Translations under genes and position numbers: made by a program | The notes under the pieces: model-generated | Seen by the model: only the letters and a program-made list of their open reading frames with translations | The model's database searches: none | Told to the model about the DNA's origin: nothing | Assembly (NCBI GenBank): GCA_005772765.1 | Contig: SXIR01000170.1 | Coordinates: 1-58,975 of the forward strand | From: Actinomycetota bacterium | GTDB lineage: Bacteria; Actinomycetota; Acidimicrobiia; IMCC26256; PALSA-610 | Direction: 5' to 3' | DNA length: 58,975 nt | Part shown: positions 17,264 to 28,400 of the stretch, one piece after another | Numbering within the stretch: the stretch's first letter is position 1 | How the letters are laid out: each line of letters starts with the position of its first letter

Positions 17264-18835
17264 TCAAACCGATTCGGGATCGAGTTCGAAGCGTCGTTGC
17301 ATGATCGACGTGTACTTGACCGGCTTGGGCCGCTCGGGCATCGAGAGCAAGATGAACAAGAACGGCAGGATCTGCGTTCGTTGGCGAGCGAGAATGCCGA
17401 AGTTCGCGAAGTTGCCGAACACGATGACGAAGAACACGACCGCGACGATGGCGAAGATCGCGTACGCGTAATCGCGACGAATCGATTTCAGGAGGCGTCG
17501 TCCCGCGATCGCGAGGGCGATCGCGTACGCAAACGACTCGACCGACGTGACGAGTTCTTGGGGCGAGGTGGCCTCGACGGGTAGCGGGCGGAACAGCACG
17601 GTGATCGCACGCATCGGAAAGTTCCAAGCTGGCGCAGGCGTGAACTGCGACCCGCCCTGTTCGGTGCGGTCCTGGGCGGCGTCGAACTCGTCGGTGACCG
17701 CGCTGGTGCCGTCGAGCAGGTTCGTGCCGAAGTAGTCGTTCGCCTGAGTGAGGACGAACGACCCAAGGGTGATCAGTAAGAAGAACGTCGCCACCGTGCC
17801 CGATGCCTTGACGCCCTTGCGCTTGCGCAACAAGAGCGCGATTGTCATCGCAACGGTGACGACCATCGCGACGTGGGTGCGCACGTAGGTGACTTCGATG
17901 ATCCCGCCGGCAATGCACACCGCGCCGATGATCGTTGCGTTCGTGAGCATCAGCGCCACGCCGTACGTCGCCAGTCCGAGACCGAAGATGGCGAGCGCTT
18001 CCTTGCCGATCGATGACGGCCAGTACATGAGCGACGGCGCGAACATCACGAGCAGCAGGTACCGACGCTGGGCTTCGGGGAACACCCTGCGAAAGCCACG
18101 GGCGAAGAGCAACAAGCCCATGAGGCCGATCCACGAGAAGAACACGAAGCCACCGATCTTGGTGGGTGTCGTGTAGTGGTAGAACTCGGCGGTCACGATC
18201 CGCACGAAGTTGGTGCTGGTCCACTTGTTGACGTTCGGCAGCGTTCCTTGGCTCAGGTAGTCGGCCGCCCACTTCCGGCCGTAGAGGTCGTACTCGCTGG
18301 CATCGGACCGGTCGTAGACGCTGGTACCGACGTAGAACCGGGCCAGTGTGCCGAGCAGCTTGAGTGAGAGCGACGCGCTGAGAATGACCGTCAGCTCGGG
18401 CGCGCCATCGGCCTTGGCGAGACGTTTGAAGATCGAGATCGAAAGGGTCGCTAGCGCCGCCGCGATGAACGTCGCTGCGACCAGCTCGGAGTCGCCGGTG
18501 GCGATTCCCGATGCCAGCATCGTGGCGACCGCGAACCCGCCGGCGACACACAAACCAACCGCCCATCCGTGGTTCGCTGCATCGCCGTCGTCGAGACCGA
18601 GCCGCGCGGCGGCATCGTCGGATTCAGCTGCAGGTTCGGTTGCCTTGTCGTGATCGAACGGCAGCAACGTATCGTCGGCGAGTTCGAATCGGCCTCGGGG
18701 CGCGGGAGACGGCGCGCCGTCGGGCAGGGTTGGCGACGCGGCCGGCTCGTCGTCGTCGAGCCAGTGCCCCCGTCGATGGACGCGCGGGGCCGGACGTTCG
18801 GGCTGCTCGCCCTGGTCGTCGAGCCAGGCGCGCAC
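17264..18835 (-). CDS. Putative polysaccharide polymerase / GT-C-like membrane protein
   Basis: Likely GTG 18835 just after the kinase stop; 'SDASEY', 'PSLMYWPSSIGKEAL', 'NFGILARQRTQILP', many TMs. Confidence 0.6.
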   Translation of the reverse strand: MRAWLDDQGEQPERPAPRVHRRGHWLDDDEPAASPTLPDGAPSPAPRGRFELADDTLLPFDHDKATEPAAESDDAAARLGLDDGDAANHGWAVGLCVAGGFAVATMLASGIATGDSELVAATFIAAALATLSISIFKRLAKADGAPELTVILSASLSLKLLGTLARFYVGTSVYDRSDASEYDLYGRKWAADYLSQGTLPNVNKWTSTNFVRIVTAEFYHYTTPTKIGGFVFFSWIGLMGLLLFARGFRRVFPEAQRRYLLLVMFAPSLMYWPSSIGKEALAIFGLGLATYGVALMLTNATIIGAVCIAGGIIEVTYVRTHVAMVVTVAMTIALLLRKRKGVKASGTVATFFLLITLGSFVLTQANDYFGTNLLDGTSAVTDEFDAAQDRTEQGGSQFTPAPAWNFPMRAITVLFRPLPVEATSPQELVTSVESFAYAIALAIAGRRLLKSIRRDYAYAIFAIVAVVFFVIVFGNFANFGILARQRTQILPFLFILLSMPERPKPVKYTSIMQRRFELDPESV

Positions 18836-18840
18836 GGGAC

Positions 18841-20592
18841 TCAGTCGCCGATACCGATCGGGACGTCGAGGTCGAGGTCCGTGTCGTCCTTGCCCTTGCG
18901 ACCGAAGAGCTTGCGCGGCTTCTCGCGACCGGCGGGCGCGGGCGGACCGACCTTGCGGCCGTAGCCGTAGCCGTAGCCATACCCGTAGCCATACCCGTAG
19001 CCGTACCCGTAGCCATACCCAGGACGGGAGCTGACCGCACCGACGAGCACGATGCCCAGCACGGGGGCGTCGAGGCGGCGAAGCTGTTGGGTCGCTCGTT
19101 CGAGCGCGTTCACCTTGGTGACGGCATCCTTTGCCATGAGCACAACGGCGTCGGCGTAGGGGAGCAGGTCGAAGGGGTCGTTCGTCACGAGCAGCGGCGG
19201 CGTGTCGATGAGCACGATGTCGAAGAGTTCTCGTGCCTTGACGATGGCGGCCTGCCCGGCGAGCGTCGCATCGGCCGGCGACGACGAGGGCGAGGCGCTG
19301 TTGATGAAGAACACGCCCGGGATCGACGTTTCCTGCGCGAGCGCTTCGACGTCGACGATCGGGTCGGCAAGCGTGCCGGAGTTCTCGAGGAAGAGTTCTG
19401 CGTCGGTATCGAGGAACTTGTGCAACCGCCGGCGGCGGTAGTCGAGGTCGAGCACGAGCACTCGCTTGCCCATCTCGGCGTACGCGGCGGCGAGGTTCGC
19501 AGTGCTGGTCGACTTGCCCTCGGACGGGCCGGCCGAGGTGACCATCACGCACTGCGGCGCGGGCGGGTCGCCTTCTTGCGCATTCGCCATCCACATCAGC
19601 TCGACCGAAGTGCGCAGTCCCCGATACGCGTCAGCAGTTCTCGAGCTCGGAGCTTGGTGGGTCAACACGTCGAAGCGTCGACGACGCGAAGGCGATACGA
19701 ACGGGATCTCGGCAAGCACGGGTAGGCGAGTGACCGTCTCGGCGGAGCGAACGCCGAAGATCGATGTGTCCGAACGATTCATCGCGTACGCAGTGATTGC
19801 GCCGAGCAAGAGTCCAACGACCAGGCCGAGCGCGAGGCGGGCCGGACGGCTGTCGGGAATTTTCACGCTGTCGGTCGTCGACAGCGGTAGCGGTTGCACG
19901 TCGGCGAACTGCACCGAGAACACCGGCTTCTTGCGGTTGAACAAGTCCTCTTGGCGGCGGAACTGTTGGCGAAGCTCGCGCATTTCGCTGCGCTTCGCCG
20001 TGAGCGCTCGACCAATGACCCGCTTGTCGTCGGCGGTGAGCGCAGCCGCGAAATCCTTTTCGAGATCGGCTTGTTCTTCAGACGCGAGGTTGATCTTGTC
20101 CTGGGTTTCCTGCAAGCGAGCGGTGAGCTTCAGGTCGTCCTTGGCGTCCTCGAAGCGGACGAGTTCATCGGCGAGTGACTTGACGATTCCGCGTACCGCG
20201 AACGCGTCCGGTCCGGTCCCCGTGATCGTGATGAGGTTGCGTGGGGCTTCGGGGTTCGCGTCGATGCTCACGTTCGCGATGCGCGTGGTGCGAGGGGAAA
20301 ATCGGTCGTCGGTGTTCTTCAGTTTGGACGGCGTGAAGTCGGGCGGCTGCAGCAAGATCTTGCGGATCGCGTTGGGTACTTCGCCTTCGGTCGCGTCGAG
20401 CGCCACGACATCGAGGTTCACTTTGCCGGTGGCCTTGACGCGCTGGGTTCCGACCCACTGCGTCGTCGTCTCGGAGGTCGACGTTCCGCCCGGCGACGCG
20501 GTGAAGAACGAGACGAGGCAACCGATCGCCATGAACATCGCGATGAGACGCCACCGGCGTCGGATCGCGATGAGGATGTCGAGTGCCCGCAC
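18841..20592 (-). CDS. wzc: Wzc-like polysaccharide co-polymerase / BY tyrosine autokinase
   Basis: Two TMs flanking a coiled coil; Walker A 'SAGPSEGKST', A' 'VLVLDLD', B 'VLIDTPP'; C-terminal (GY)10. Confidence 0.9.
   Translation of the reverse strand: MRALDILIAIRRRWRLIAMFMAIGCLVSFFTASPGGTSTSETTTQWVGTQRVKATGKVNLDVVALDATEGEVPNAIRKILLQPPDFTPSKLKNTDDRFSPRTTRIANVSIDANPEAPRNLITITGTGPDAFAVRGIVKSLADELVRFEDAKDDLKLTARLQETQDKINLASEEQADLEKDFAAALTADDKRVIGRALTAKRSEMRELRQQFRRQEDLFNRKKPVFSVQFADVQPLPLSTTDSVKIPDSRPARLALGLVVGLLLGAITAYAMNRSDTSIFGVRSAETVTRLPVLAEIPFVSPSRRRRFDVLTHQAPSSRTADAYRGLRTSVELMWMANAQEGDPPAPQCVMVTSAGPSEGKSTSTANLAAAYAEMGKRVLVLDLDYRRRRLHKFLDTDAELFLENSGTLADPIVDVEALAQETSIPGVFFINSASPSSSPADATLAGQAAIVKARELFDIVLIDTPPLLVTNDPFDLLPYADAVVLMAKDAVTKVNALERATQQLRRLDAPVLGIVLVGAVSSRPGYGYGYGYGYGYGYGYGYGYGRKVGPPAPAGREKPRKLFGRKGKDDTDLDLDVPIGIGD
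18961..19020 (-). repeat. 6-bp coding repeat giving a (Gly-Tyr)10 tyrosine cluster
   Basis: 60 nt of gtagcc/ataccc/gtaccc units. Confidence 0.9.
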
Positions 20593-20993
20593 GAGATGTC
20601 CCAGCTTCCGTTACGTTCGCAGCCCACGGCGAGCTTGGCGATCCAAGCCCCGACGCCCCCCGTTCGCTCGGGTTTCTCGCGAAACCCTCGCATTCGGGTC
20701 CTCACGAACCCGAGTTCCCTCTGGGTGGACGAAGCTCCGACCACTGACCGTGGCCCGCCATTACAGCACAGTGTCCACCCGGCGGGCAATGGGGCCGATG
20801 ACCTGAAACCGGCCAGGGTTCGCCGTGGAGTCGTTGGTCACCTCCGGATCACGCGTTTGTGCCAGTCCGAATCACCGGTCTGTGATTCGTGGCACGATCC
20901 ACGCCTGGGTGGGGGCCTAGATTCGCCGATCACTCCGGACCGGGCCGTGGGGCGCCCCTGAACCGTCTGGACCGAGCCCCGAGGTCACCGAAC

Positions 20994-22421
20994 GTGGTCT
21001 TCAACTCGATCGAGTTCGCCATCTTCGTCGTGATCTTGTGGCCGCTGTATTGGGCTGCCCGACACCGATTGCGGATGCAGAACCTGCTGCTGCTGGGCGC
21101 GTCGTACCTGTTCTACGGCTGGTGGGACTGGCGGTTCCTGTTCCTGCTCGGTGGGACGACGCTTGTCGACTTCTGGGCGGTGCGCCACATCGGCAGGGCC
21201 GTCAGTCCGGTCGCCCGTCAGCGCTGGATGATCTTTTCGGTTGCGGTCAACCTGGTGGTACTCGGCTTCTTCAAGTACTTCGAGTTCTTCGTCGACAGCG
21301 GCGTCGATGTCGCGAATCAGCTCGGACTCGAGTGGACTGCGCCCGCGTTGCACTTCGTCCTGCCCGTCGGGATTTCGTTCTACGTCTTCCACGAGATCAG
21401 TTACGCAATCGACGTCTATCGCGGTCGTGTCGAACCCGAGAACGACCTCATCGTCTACGCGCTGTACATCGCGTTCTTTGCGCAACTCGTCGCCGGGCCG
21501 ATCACACGGGCGGGACACATGCTGCCGCAGTTTCGTCGGGCTCGCGTGTTCCCCGACGCCGAAGCGCGCTACTCGGGTTTCGTCCTGATTCTCACGGGTC
21601 TGTTCAAGAAAGTTGTGCTCGCCGACGGCATTTCGCCGTGGGTCAACGAAGTGTTCGACGCACCGCAGGACCGCGGCTTGTTACCCGCGCTTGTGGCCAT
21701 GTTCGGATTCGCAGTGCAGATCTACGGTGACTTCGCCGGATACACCGATATCGCGCGCGGCGTTGCTCGCCTGTTCGGGATCGAGATCGCCCGCAACTTC
21801 GAACAGCCGTACCTCTCCCGCAACATCACCGAGTTCTGGCGGACGTGGCACATCTCGTTGTCGAGTTGGCTCCACGACTACTTGTATGTGCCGCTCGGCG
21901 GAAATCGCAGCGGGCGCTTCGGCACCTACCGTAACCTCATCATCGTCATGTTGCTCGGCGGCCTCTGGCACGGCGCGTCATGGAACTTTGTCGTGTGGGG
22001 CGGGCTTCATGGTGTCGCCCTCGCGGTGCATCGGGCGCTGTCGCCGTCCACGGATCGACAACGACAGGGTGTTCCCGCGCTGCGGGCCGTGCCCGCCGTT
22101 GCCGCGAACTTCGTGTTGGTGACAGTGCTGTGGGTGTTCTTCCGGGCGAACTCGCTCGATGCTGCGCTCGACTTCTTCGGAGGAATGACCTCGGGCCTCA
22201 CGGGTTCGGCCGCCGGCGCGTGGAAACCGCCCGCGATGATCCTCTCGTTTGCGCTCGTCGCGATGTTCGCGATGGACGTGGTGGACCGATCGCGGATGCC
22301 GAGGTCGCCATTGCGTCGGATCCCGATGGCAGTCCAGGGCGTCCTCGCCGGACTCGCGATCGTCGCGATCGTCGTGTTCAGCGGCCAAGACCCCGAACCG
22401 TTCATCTACTTCCAGTTCTGA
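20994..22421 (+). CDS. MBOAT O-acyltransferase, AlgI/DltB family
   Basis: 'LPVGISFY', 'QLVAGPI', 'QIYGDFAGYTDIARG', 'EFWRTWHISLSSWL', 'GLWHGA', C-terminal 'FIYFQF'. Confidence 0.92.
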   Translation: MVFNSIEFAIFVVILWPLYWAARHRLRMQNLLLLGASYLFYGWWDWRFLFLLGGTTLVDFWAVRHIGRAVSPVARQRWMIFSVAVNLVVLGFFKYFEFFVDSGVDVANQLGLEWTAPALHFVLPVGISFYVFHEISYAIDVYRGRVEPENDLIVYALYIAFFAQLVAGPITRAGHMLPQFRRARVFPDAEARYSGFVLILTGLFKKVVLADGISPWVNEVFDAPQDRGLLPALVAMFGFAVQIYGDFAGYTDIARGVARLFGIEIARNFEQPYLSRNITEFWRTWHISLSSWLHDYLYVPLGGNRSGRFGTYRNLIIVMLLGGLWHGASWNFVVWGGLHGVALAVHRALSPSTDRQRQGVPALRAVPAVAANFVLVTVLWVFFRANSLDAALDFFGGMTSGLTGSAAGAWKPPAMILSFALVAMFAMDVVDRSRMPRSPLRRIPMAVQGVLAGLAIVAIVVFSGQDPEPFIYFQF

Positions 22422-22481
22422 GGTAACCCGTCCGCGGAATGAGAAGTACCTCGACCGCGGCGACGAATAGCCTCGACCGCC

Positions 22482-24197
22482 ATGCGCATGAGCCGACTCT
22501 TTCTTCGCACGCTGCGGGACGCCCCTGGCGATGCCGACGTCGAGAGCCAACGGCTCTTGGTGCGTGCGGGTTATATCCGCAAGGTCGCGGCCGGCGTGTA
22601 CTCCTGGTTGCCGCTGGGGCAGCGGGTCCTGCGCAAGGTCGAACAGATCGTGCGCGACGAGATGGACGACGCAGGCGCGCAGGAACTCTCGTTGCCGATC
22701 ATCCAGCCGCTTGAGTTGTGGGAACAGAGCGGTCGCGACGCGCTCTATGGGCCGCTCATGTTTCGGCTGCACGACCGCAAGGAGACCGGTTTCTGTCTCG
22801 CACCAACAGCAGAAGAGGTCATCACCGCGACCGTGCGCGGCGAGTACTCGAGCTACCGAGACCTACCGGTCAACTTGTATCAGATCCAGTGGAAATATCG
22901 AGACGAGTTGCGGCCGCGTTTCGGCCTGCTGCGCGGTCGCGAGTTCTTGATGAAGGACGCCTACAGCTTCGACGCCGACGTCGAAGGCCTGCGCGAGTCG
23001 TATCGGTTGATGTACGACGCGTACCACCGCGTCTTCGATCGGTGCGGGCTCACGTTCCGACCCGTCCAGGCGCAGTCGGGCGAGATCGGCGGCGACGTCA
23101 ACCACGAGTTCATGGCGGTGGCTGCGGTCGGCGAGGACGATTTCGTTTGGTGTCGCTCGTGCAACTACGCCGCCAACGTCGAAGCGGCGCGGCGACGCGA
23201 TCCCGACCCGGTCGCGACCAACGGTGATGAGGCCGCGCTCGAGCCGGTCCATACCCCGGACATGCCGGGAATTGCCGCCGTCGCGCAACATCTGGGCCTC
23301 GGCGAAGACGAGCTGTTGAAGTGCATGGCGTTCGAGGCCGATGGCCGGCTGGGCTTGGCGTTGGTTCCGGGCGATCGGGAGGTCAACGAGTATGCGCTCG
23401 GGACCGCCTTGGCCGGCTCGAAATTCGCGTTGCTCGACGAGGATGGTTTCGCGCGGCGGTCGTCGTTGCCGAAGGGCTACATCGGTCCGCACCATCCCGA
23501 TGTCGAACTCATCGTCGCCGACCCATCGATCCTGGCACGCACGGAATGGGTGACGGGCGCGAACACCACCGATCACCATGCGTTACATGCCGTGCCCGGC
23601 CGCGACTTCACGATCACCACCGTTGCGCCGCTGACCGCGGTGGTCACCGGCGACGCATGTCCGAACTGCGGGTCGGAGCTGTCGGTCGATCGCGGGATCG
23701 AGGTCGGACACGTTTTCCAGTTGGGCACGAAGTATGCCGAGTTGTTGGGCGCGGTCTACACCGACGAGCACGGCGCGCAGCATCCGATGGTCATGGGGTG
23801 TTACGGCATCGGGGTTTCGCGAGTGGTCGCTGCGATCGTCGAGGAGCACCATGACGGACACGGCATCGCGTGGCCAGCGAGTGTCGCGCCCTATGCCGTC
23901 CACCTCGTGGCGCTCGCGGGCAAAGGCGATGCTGCGGCGGCCGTGCGCGATGCGGCCGACCATCTGTATGCGGCATTGCGATCCGCTGGCGTCGACGTGC
24001 TGTACGACGACCGCGACTCGAGCCCCGGTGTGAAGTTCGCCGACGCCGACTTGTTGGGAATGCCGGTGCAGCTCACCGTTGGAGCCAAGGGACTGGCGAG
24101 AGGTGTGGTCGAGCGCAAGATCCGAGCGAGCGGCGTGCGCGACGAACTCGCGGTCGACGTCGTCGTCGACCAGATGGTCGCGAGCGCGATGACGTGA
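22482..24197 (+). CDS. proS: Proline--tRNA ligase
   Basis: 'LAPTAEE', 'KYRDELRPRFGLLRGREFLMKDAYSF', 'GIEVGHVFQLG', 'MGCYGIGVSR'. Confidence 0.98.
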   Translation: MRMSRLFLRTLRDAPGDADVESQRLLVRAGYIRKVAAGVYSWLPLGQRVLRKVEQIVRDEMDDAGAQELSLPIIQPLELWEQSGRDALYGPLMFRLHDRKETGFCLAPTAEEVITATVRGEYSSYRDLPVNLYQIQWKYRDELRPRFGLLRGREFLMKDAYSFDADVEGLRESYRLMYDAYHRVFDRCGLTFRPVQAQSGEIGGDVNHEFMAVAAVGEDDFVWCRSCNYAANVEAARRRDPDPVATNGDEAALEPVHTPDMPGIAAVAQHLGLGEDELLKCMAFEADGRLGLALVPGDREVNEYALGTALAGSKFALLDEDGFARRSSLPKGYIGPHHPDVELIVADPSILARTEWVTGANTTDHHALHAVPGRDFTITTVAPLTAVVTGDACPNCGSELSVDRGIEVGHVFQLGTKYAELLGAVYTDEHGAQHPMVMGCYGIGVSRVVAAIVEEHHDGHGIAWPASVAPYAVHLVALAGKGDAAAAVRDAADHLYAALRSAGVDVLYDDRDSSPGVKFADADLLGMPVQLTVGAKGLARGVVERKIRASGVRDELAVDVVVDQMVASAMT

Positions 24198-25270
24198 GCT
24201 TTCCGGTCGAGCCGCCAATCGAGCCGATGCTCGCGAAGCTCGCTCGCGAGTTTCCGGACCGTGCTGGTCTCCTGTACGAGCCCAAGTGGGACGGGTTTCG
24301 TTGCCTGGTGTTCCGCGATGGTGACGAGCTGTACTTGCAGAGCCGCAACTCGAAACCGTTGTTGCGATACTTCCCCGAACTGGTCGATCCGCTGCGTGCG
24401 TTCCTGCCCGAGCGGTGCGTCGTCGATGGCGAGTTGATCGTGATCGGCAATGACGGGCTCGACTTCGATGCGCTCCAGCTTCGTCAGCACCCCGCTGATT
24501 CGCGGGTCCAACGCCTCGCTCGGGAGATCCCGGCGAGCTACGTCGCGTTCGACCTCATCGCCGAACACGACGCGGTGCTCTTCGATGTCGAGTTCGGCGA
24601 GCGCCGGGCCCGTCTCGAACGCGGTCTCGCCGACGCCGCTGCACCGGTGTTCGTGACGCCGGCATCGACGGATCCTGCGGTCGGTCGGGACTGGTTCGAT
24701 CGATTCGAAGGCGCGGGATTCGACGGGGTCATCGCCAAGCCGTTGTCAGGACGCTACGAGCCCGGAAAGCGAACCTTGATCAAGGTGAAGCACGAGCGAA
24801 CCTGCGATTGCGTCGTTGCCGGTTATCGGGTGCACAAGGACGGCGCCGGCGTCGGATCGCTCCTCCTCGGGCTGCACGACGCCGACGGTGTGCTCCACCA
24901 CGTCGGCGTGGCCGCGAGCCTCGACGCCAAGTCTCGAAGTGCGTTGCTCGAGGTCGTCGAACCGCTGCGCGCGGGCGCTCTCGAGAACCATCCGTGGCGC
25001 GAGTGGGCTGAGTTCATGGCCACCGAAGTGGCGACCGATCAACGGATGCCCGGTGGTTTCAGCCGGTGGAACGCGACCAAGGATCTGCGCTGGGAGCCGT
25101 TGCGTCTCGAACTCGTCGCCGAGGTGGCGTACGAGGGTTTGCTGAACGGTCGGTTCCGACACAACGCGCGCCTTCGTCGGTTGCGATCGGACCGCGATCC
25201 GGCGACGTGCGCGTACGCGCAACTGGAGGTCGTCGCGCCGGCCGAACTCAGTTCGCTGCTGCGCACCTGA
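24194..25270 (+). CDS. ligC: ATP-dependent DNA ligase, LigC type
   Basis: 'PMLAK', 'YEPKWDGFR', 'DGELIV', 'KVKHERTCDCVVAGYR', 'RFRH'; GTGA overlap with proS. Confidence 0.9.
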   Translation: MSFPVEPPIEPMLAKLAREFPDRAGLLYEPKWDGFRCLVFRDGDELYLQSRNSKPLLRYFPELVDPLRAFLPERCVVDGELIVIGNDGLDFDALQLRQHPADSRVQRLAREIPASYVAFDLIAEHDAVLFDVEFGERRARLERGLADAAAPVFVTPASTDPAVGRDWFDRFEGAGFDGVIAKPLSGRYEPGKRTLIKVKHERTCDCVVAGYRVHKDGAGVGSLLLGLHDADGVLHHVGVAASLDAKSRSALLEVVEPLRAGALENHPWREWAEFMATEVATDQRMPGGFSRWNATKDLRWEPLRLELVAEVAYEGLLNGRFRHNARLRRLRSDRDPATCAYAQLEVVAPAELSSLLRT

Positions 25271-25447
25271 ACCACAGCAGCAACATCTGTCACACCACCA
25301 TCAATGGCCTCACCCTGGTGGAAATTCTTCGCGATTTTGCGTCACGAAAGTGGTCCCTGCCTGGTCCTGTTGCTGTCCAGCGCGAGAAACTGCACGCGCT
25401 GGGGCGGGAGACAGCGACGGTGGCGTCGCGAGAAGGGCTGGGGAGCA

Positions 25448-28400
25448 ATGCGAGGCGTACGTGGGGTGAGTCGTTTCGCGGCGCGCGCAAGCGCGATCGC
25501 GATCGTGGCGGTTTTGGTCGCAGGTTCCGGGGCCGCAAGCGCGGTGAACTATCCGCAGGACTCGGTCGTCGGTACGAACCCGATCGACACGACGCCCTAC
25601 GTGATGAATGGCAAGGTGCTCGCGATCGCCAAGTACGGCGACACGATCGTTGTCGGCGGCAACTTCAGCAACGTGCGCAACTGGAACTCGGCCACCGACA
25701 TCGCCCGGACGCACTTGTTTGCGTTCAGTGAGAGCACGGGGCAAGTGATCGCTGGCTTCAATCCTTCGCTGACCGGCGAAGTGCAAACGCTGGCGATCTC
25801 TGCCGACGGACAGTGGGTCTATGTCGGTGGATATTTCACCCACGTCAACGGCGTTGCGCAGCGCGGCATCACGAAGATTTCGTTGGCGTCGGCGACGCGT
25901 GATCCGAACTTCACCGGATATCTCAACGATGGGGTCGTCAACGACCTCGCGCTCGTGGGGAGTCGTGTCTACGTGGTTGGCACGTTCACGGCGGTCGGCA
26001 ACGTTCCCAAACTCAAGATCGCAGCCGTCGACGCGACGACCGGCGCCACGAGCGACGAGATCCAACTATCGGTTACCGATCCGCGCAAAGGGGCCAACGC
26101 CTGGGTGCGCAAAATGGACGTCAGTCCCGACGGCACCAAGCTCGTGCTCATCGGCAACTTCCTCACGGTCGGCGGGCAGAGTCGTAATCAAGTCGCGATG
26201 ATCGATCTCGCGACCACCCCCGACACAGTTTCGACGTGGAGCACCCCGAACTATGCCGACACGTGTTCGAACTCGTTCGAGACCTACATGCGCGAGATCG
26301 ATTTCTCGCCCAACGGCAGTTACTTCGTCATCGTCACGACGGGCGCGTTCGGGCTGAACAAGATGTGTGACAGTGCAGCGCGCTACGAGACCGTGTCGAC
26401 TCCGAACCAGCAGTACAGCTGGATCGCCTTTACGGGTGGCGACACCTTCTTCTCGGTTGCGGTCACGAACGCGGCGGTCTACATCGGCGGTCACCAACGA
26501 TGGATGAACAACGCCTACGCCGGCGACACGCCCGCCGCGGGCGCCGTCGATCGACCCGGAATCGCGGCTGTCGATCCGGCGACGGGCTCGGTGCTGTCCT
26601 GGAATCCGACACGCGAACGCGGCGTCGGCGCGTTCGCGCTGTTGGCCACCGACTCCCGGCTGTACGTCGGGAGCGATACCAACCTCATCGGCGGCGAATG
26701 GCACCCCCGCCTGGCCGCATTGCCGCTCGCCGGCGGCACCGCCAACCCGCAGCCGACGCCGGTCACGCTCCCGGTCCGGGTGCACGCGCTCGACGGCACG
26801 CCGGGGCTCAACCAGTTCTGGTTCGACGGTGCGCATTCCGCCAGCCTCGGGTTGGCTGCGACGGCGAACGACTGGTCGACCACGCGAGCAGTGTTCCAAG
26901 ACGCTGGATCTGTCTACTCGGTCGGGAGCGACAACCGACTGCACCGGGCCGGTTTCGACGGTGCCTCGACATCGGGTGACGTCGACCTGTACACCCTGGC
27001 CAACTACGTCGTGTTGCCGTCGAACTTCGGCACATCGATCGACGAAGTCGCCTATCTCGGCGGTCGCTTGTTCTACACGCGCTCGGGTAGCAGCCAACTC
27101 AAGTGGCGTTGGTTCTCGCTCGAGAGTGGAATCGTCGGGAGCTACGAGTACACGGCGACGACGGAGTCGGTGTCGAACTGGGAGGGAGTCGAAGCCGCGA
27201 ACGGACGGCTCTACTACTCGACCTCCGACGGGCGGTTGTACTCGGTGACGCCGGCCGCGAACGGCAGCGTCAGCCTTGCGAATGCAACCTTGGTCGAAGG
27301 CCAGGGGAGCGCGGCGCGCTGGGCGCTGCTCGACGACTTCTTCTTCACGCCGACCGCCGAGCCTGCTCCGGGCGCGGTGCCGCCGTGCGCGGTGGGCGAG
27401 TTCTGGACGAGCTACTTCGACGGAACGGCGTTCGACACACTCGACACGCAACGGTGTGAAACCGAAGCGGTTCATGTCGACGGCGAACCGCCGGGCACCA
27501 ACGTCGGTTCGACCGACTTGACGATTTCGTGGGACGGCGTGTTCGACCTCGGAGCCGGTGACTGGACGTTCACGACGATCACCGACGACGGTGTTCGCCT
27601 CTGGGTCGACGGCACCCTCGTGATCGATGATTGGAACTTCCAAGCCGCGCAACAAAACGTCGCGATCGTCACGCTGAACGCCGGGCTGCATCGGGTCCAC
27701 ATGGAGTACTTCCAAGGTGGAGGGCCCGGCGAGGCGTCCCTGTCGATCGACGGTGATGTCCCCATCGTGTGCAGTCCGAGCGAATGGCGCGCGGAGTATT
27801 TCGCGAACACGACGTTGTCGGGTGATCCTGATACGGAACGGTGTGAGGCCACGGTTCCAGACGTGATCTTCGGACTCGACGCTCCGGTCGGCACGACCGT
27901 CGGCGTCGACGGATTCTCGGCTCGTTGGACCGCAACGATGCAGGTGGCCGCGGCCGAGACCTACCGCTTCACGACCACCTCGGATGACGGCGTTCGGCTG
28001 CGCGTCGATGGAGCGCTCGTGATCGACGAGTGGCATGCGGTGGTTGCGCCCGAAACCCACACGGTCGACCTCGCGTTGACCGCAGGCGATCACGCGGTGG
28101 TGCTCGAGTACCACGACGTCGTCGATCACGCCGAGGTGCAGCTGGGCTGGGTAGCCCTGCCTCCGCCGCCCGACGTCGCGATGGTCGTTCCTTCGCCCGC
28201 GACCTTGTCTGCGGGCGAGCTCGCGGTTCGTAACCGCTTGGAAGCACAGGGTGCAACCGTCACGGTGGTCGACGACAACGTGGTGACCTCGGCGATCGCG
28301 AACGGTTACGACCTCGTCTACGTGTCCGGCCGAGTCGTGTCGGGCACGGTCAACACCAAGTTGAACGCGACCCTCGCGCCTGTGGTGGTGGCACGGCTTT

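Noticed and set aside
18836-19594. 776-aa extended version of the Wzy-like ORF
   Set aside because: The extension overlaps wzc in another frame (the VWLR repeats mirror the GY repeat); the real start is probably about 18835
20593-20993. Possible ncRNA or riboswitch in the 400-bp divergent intergenic region
   Set aside because: No recognisable motif; adequately explained as divergent promoter space
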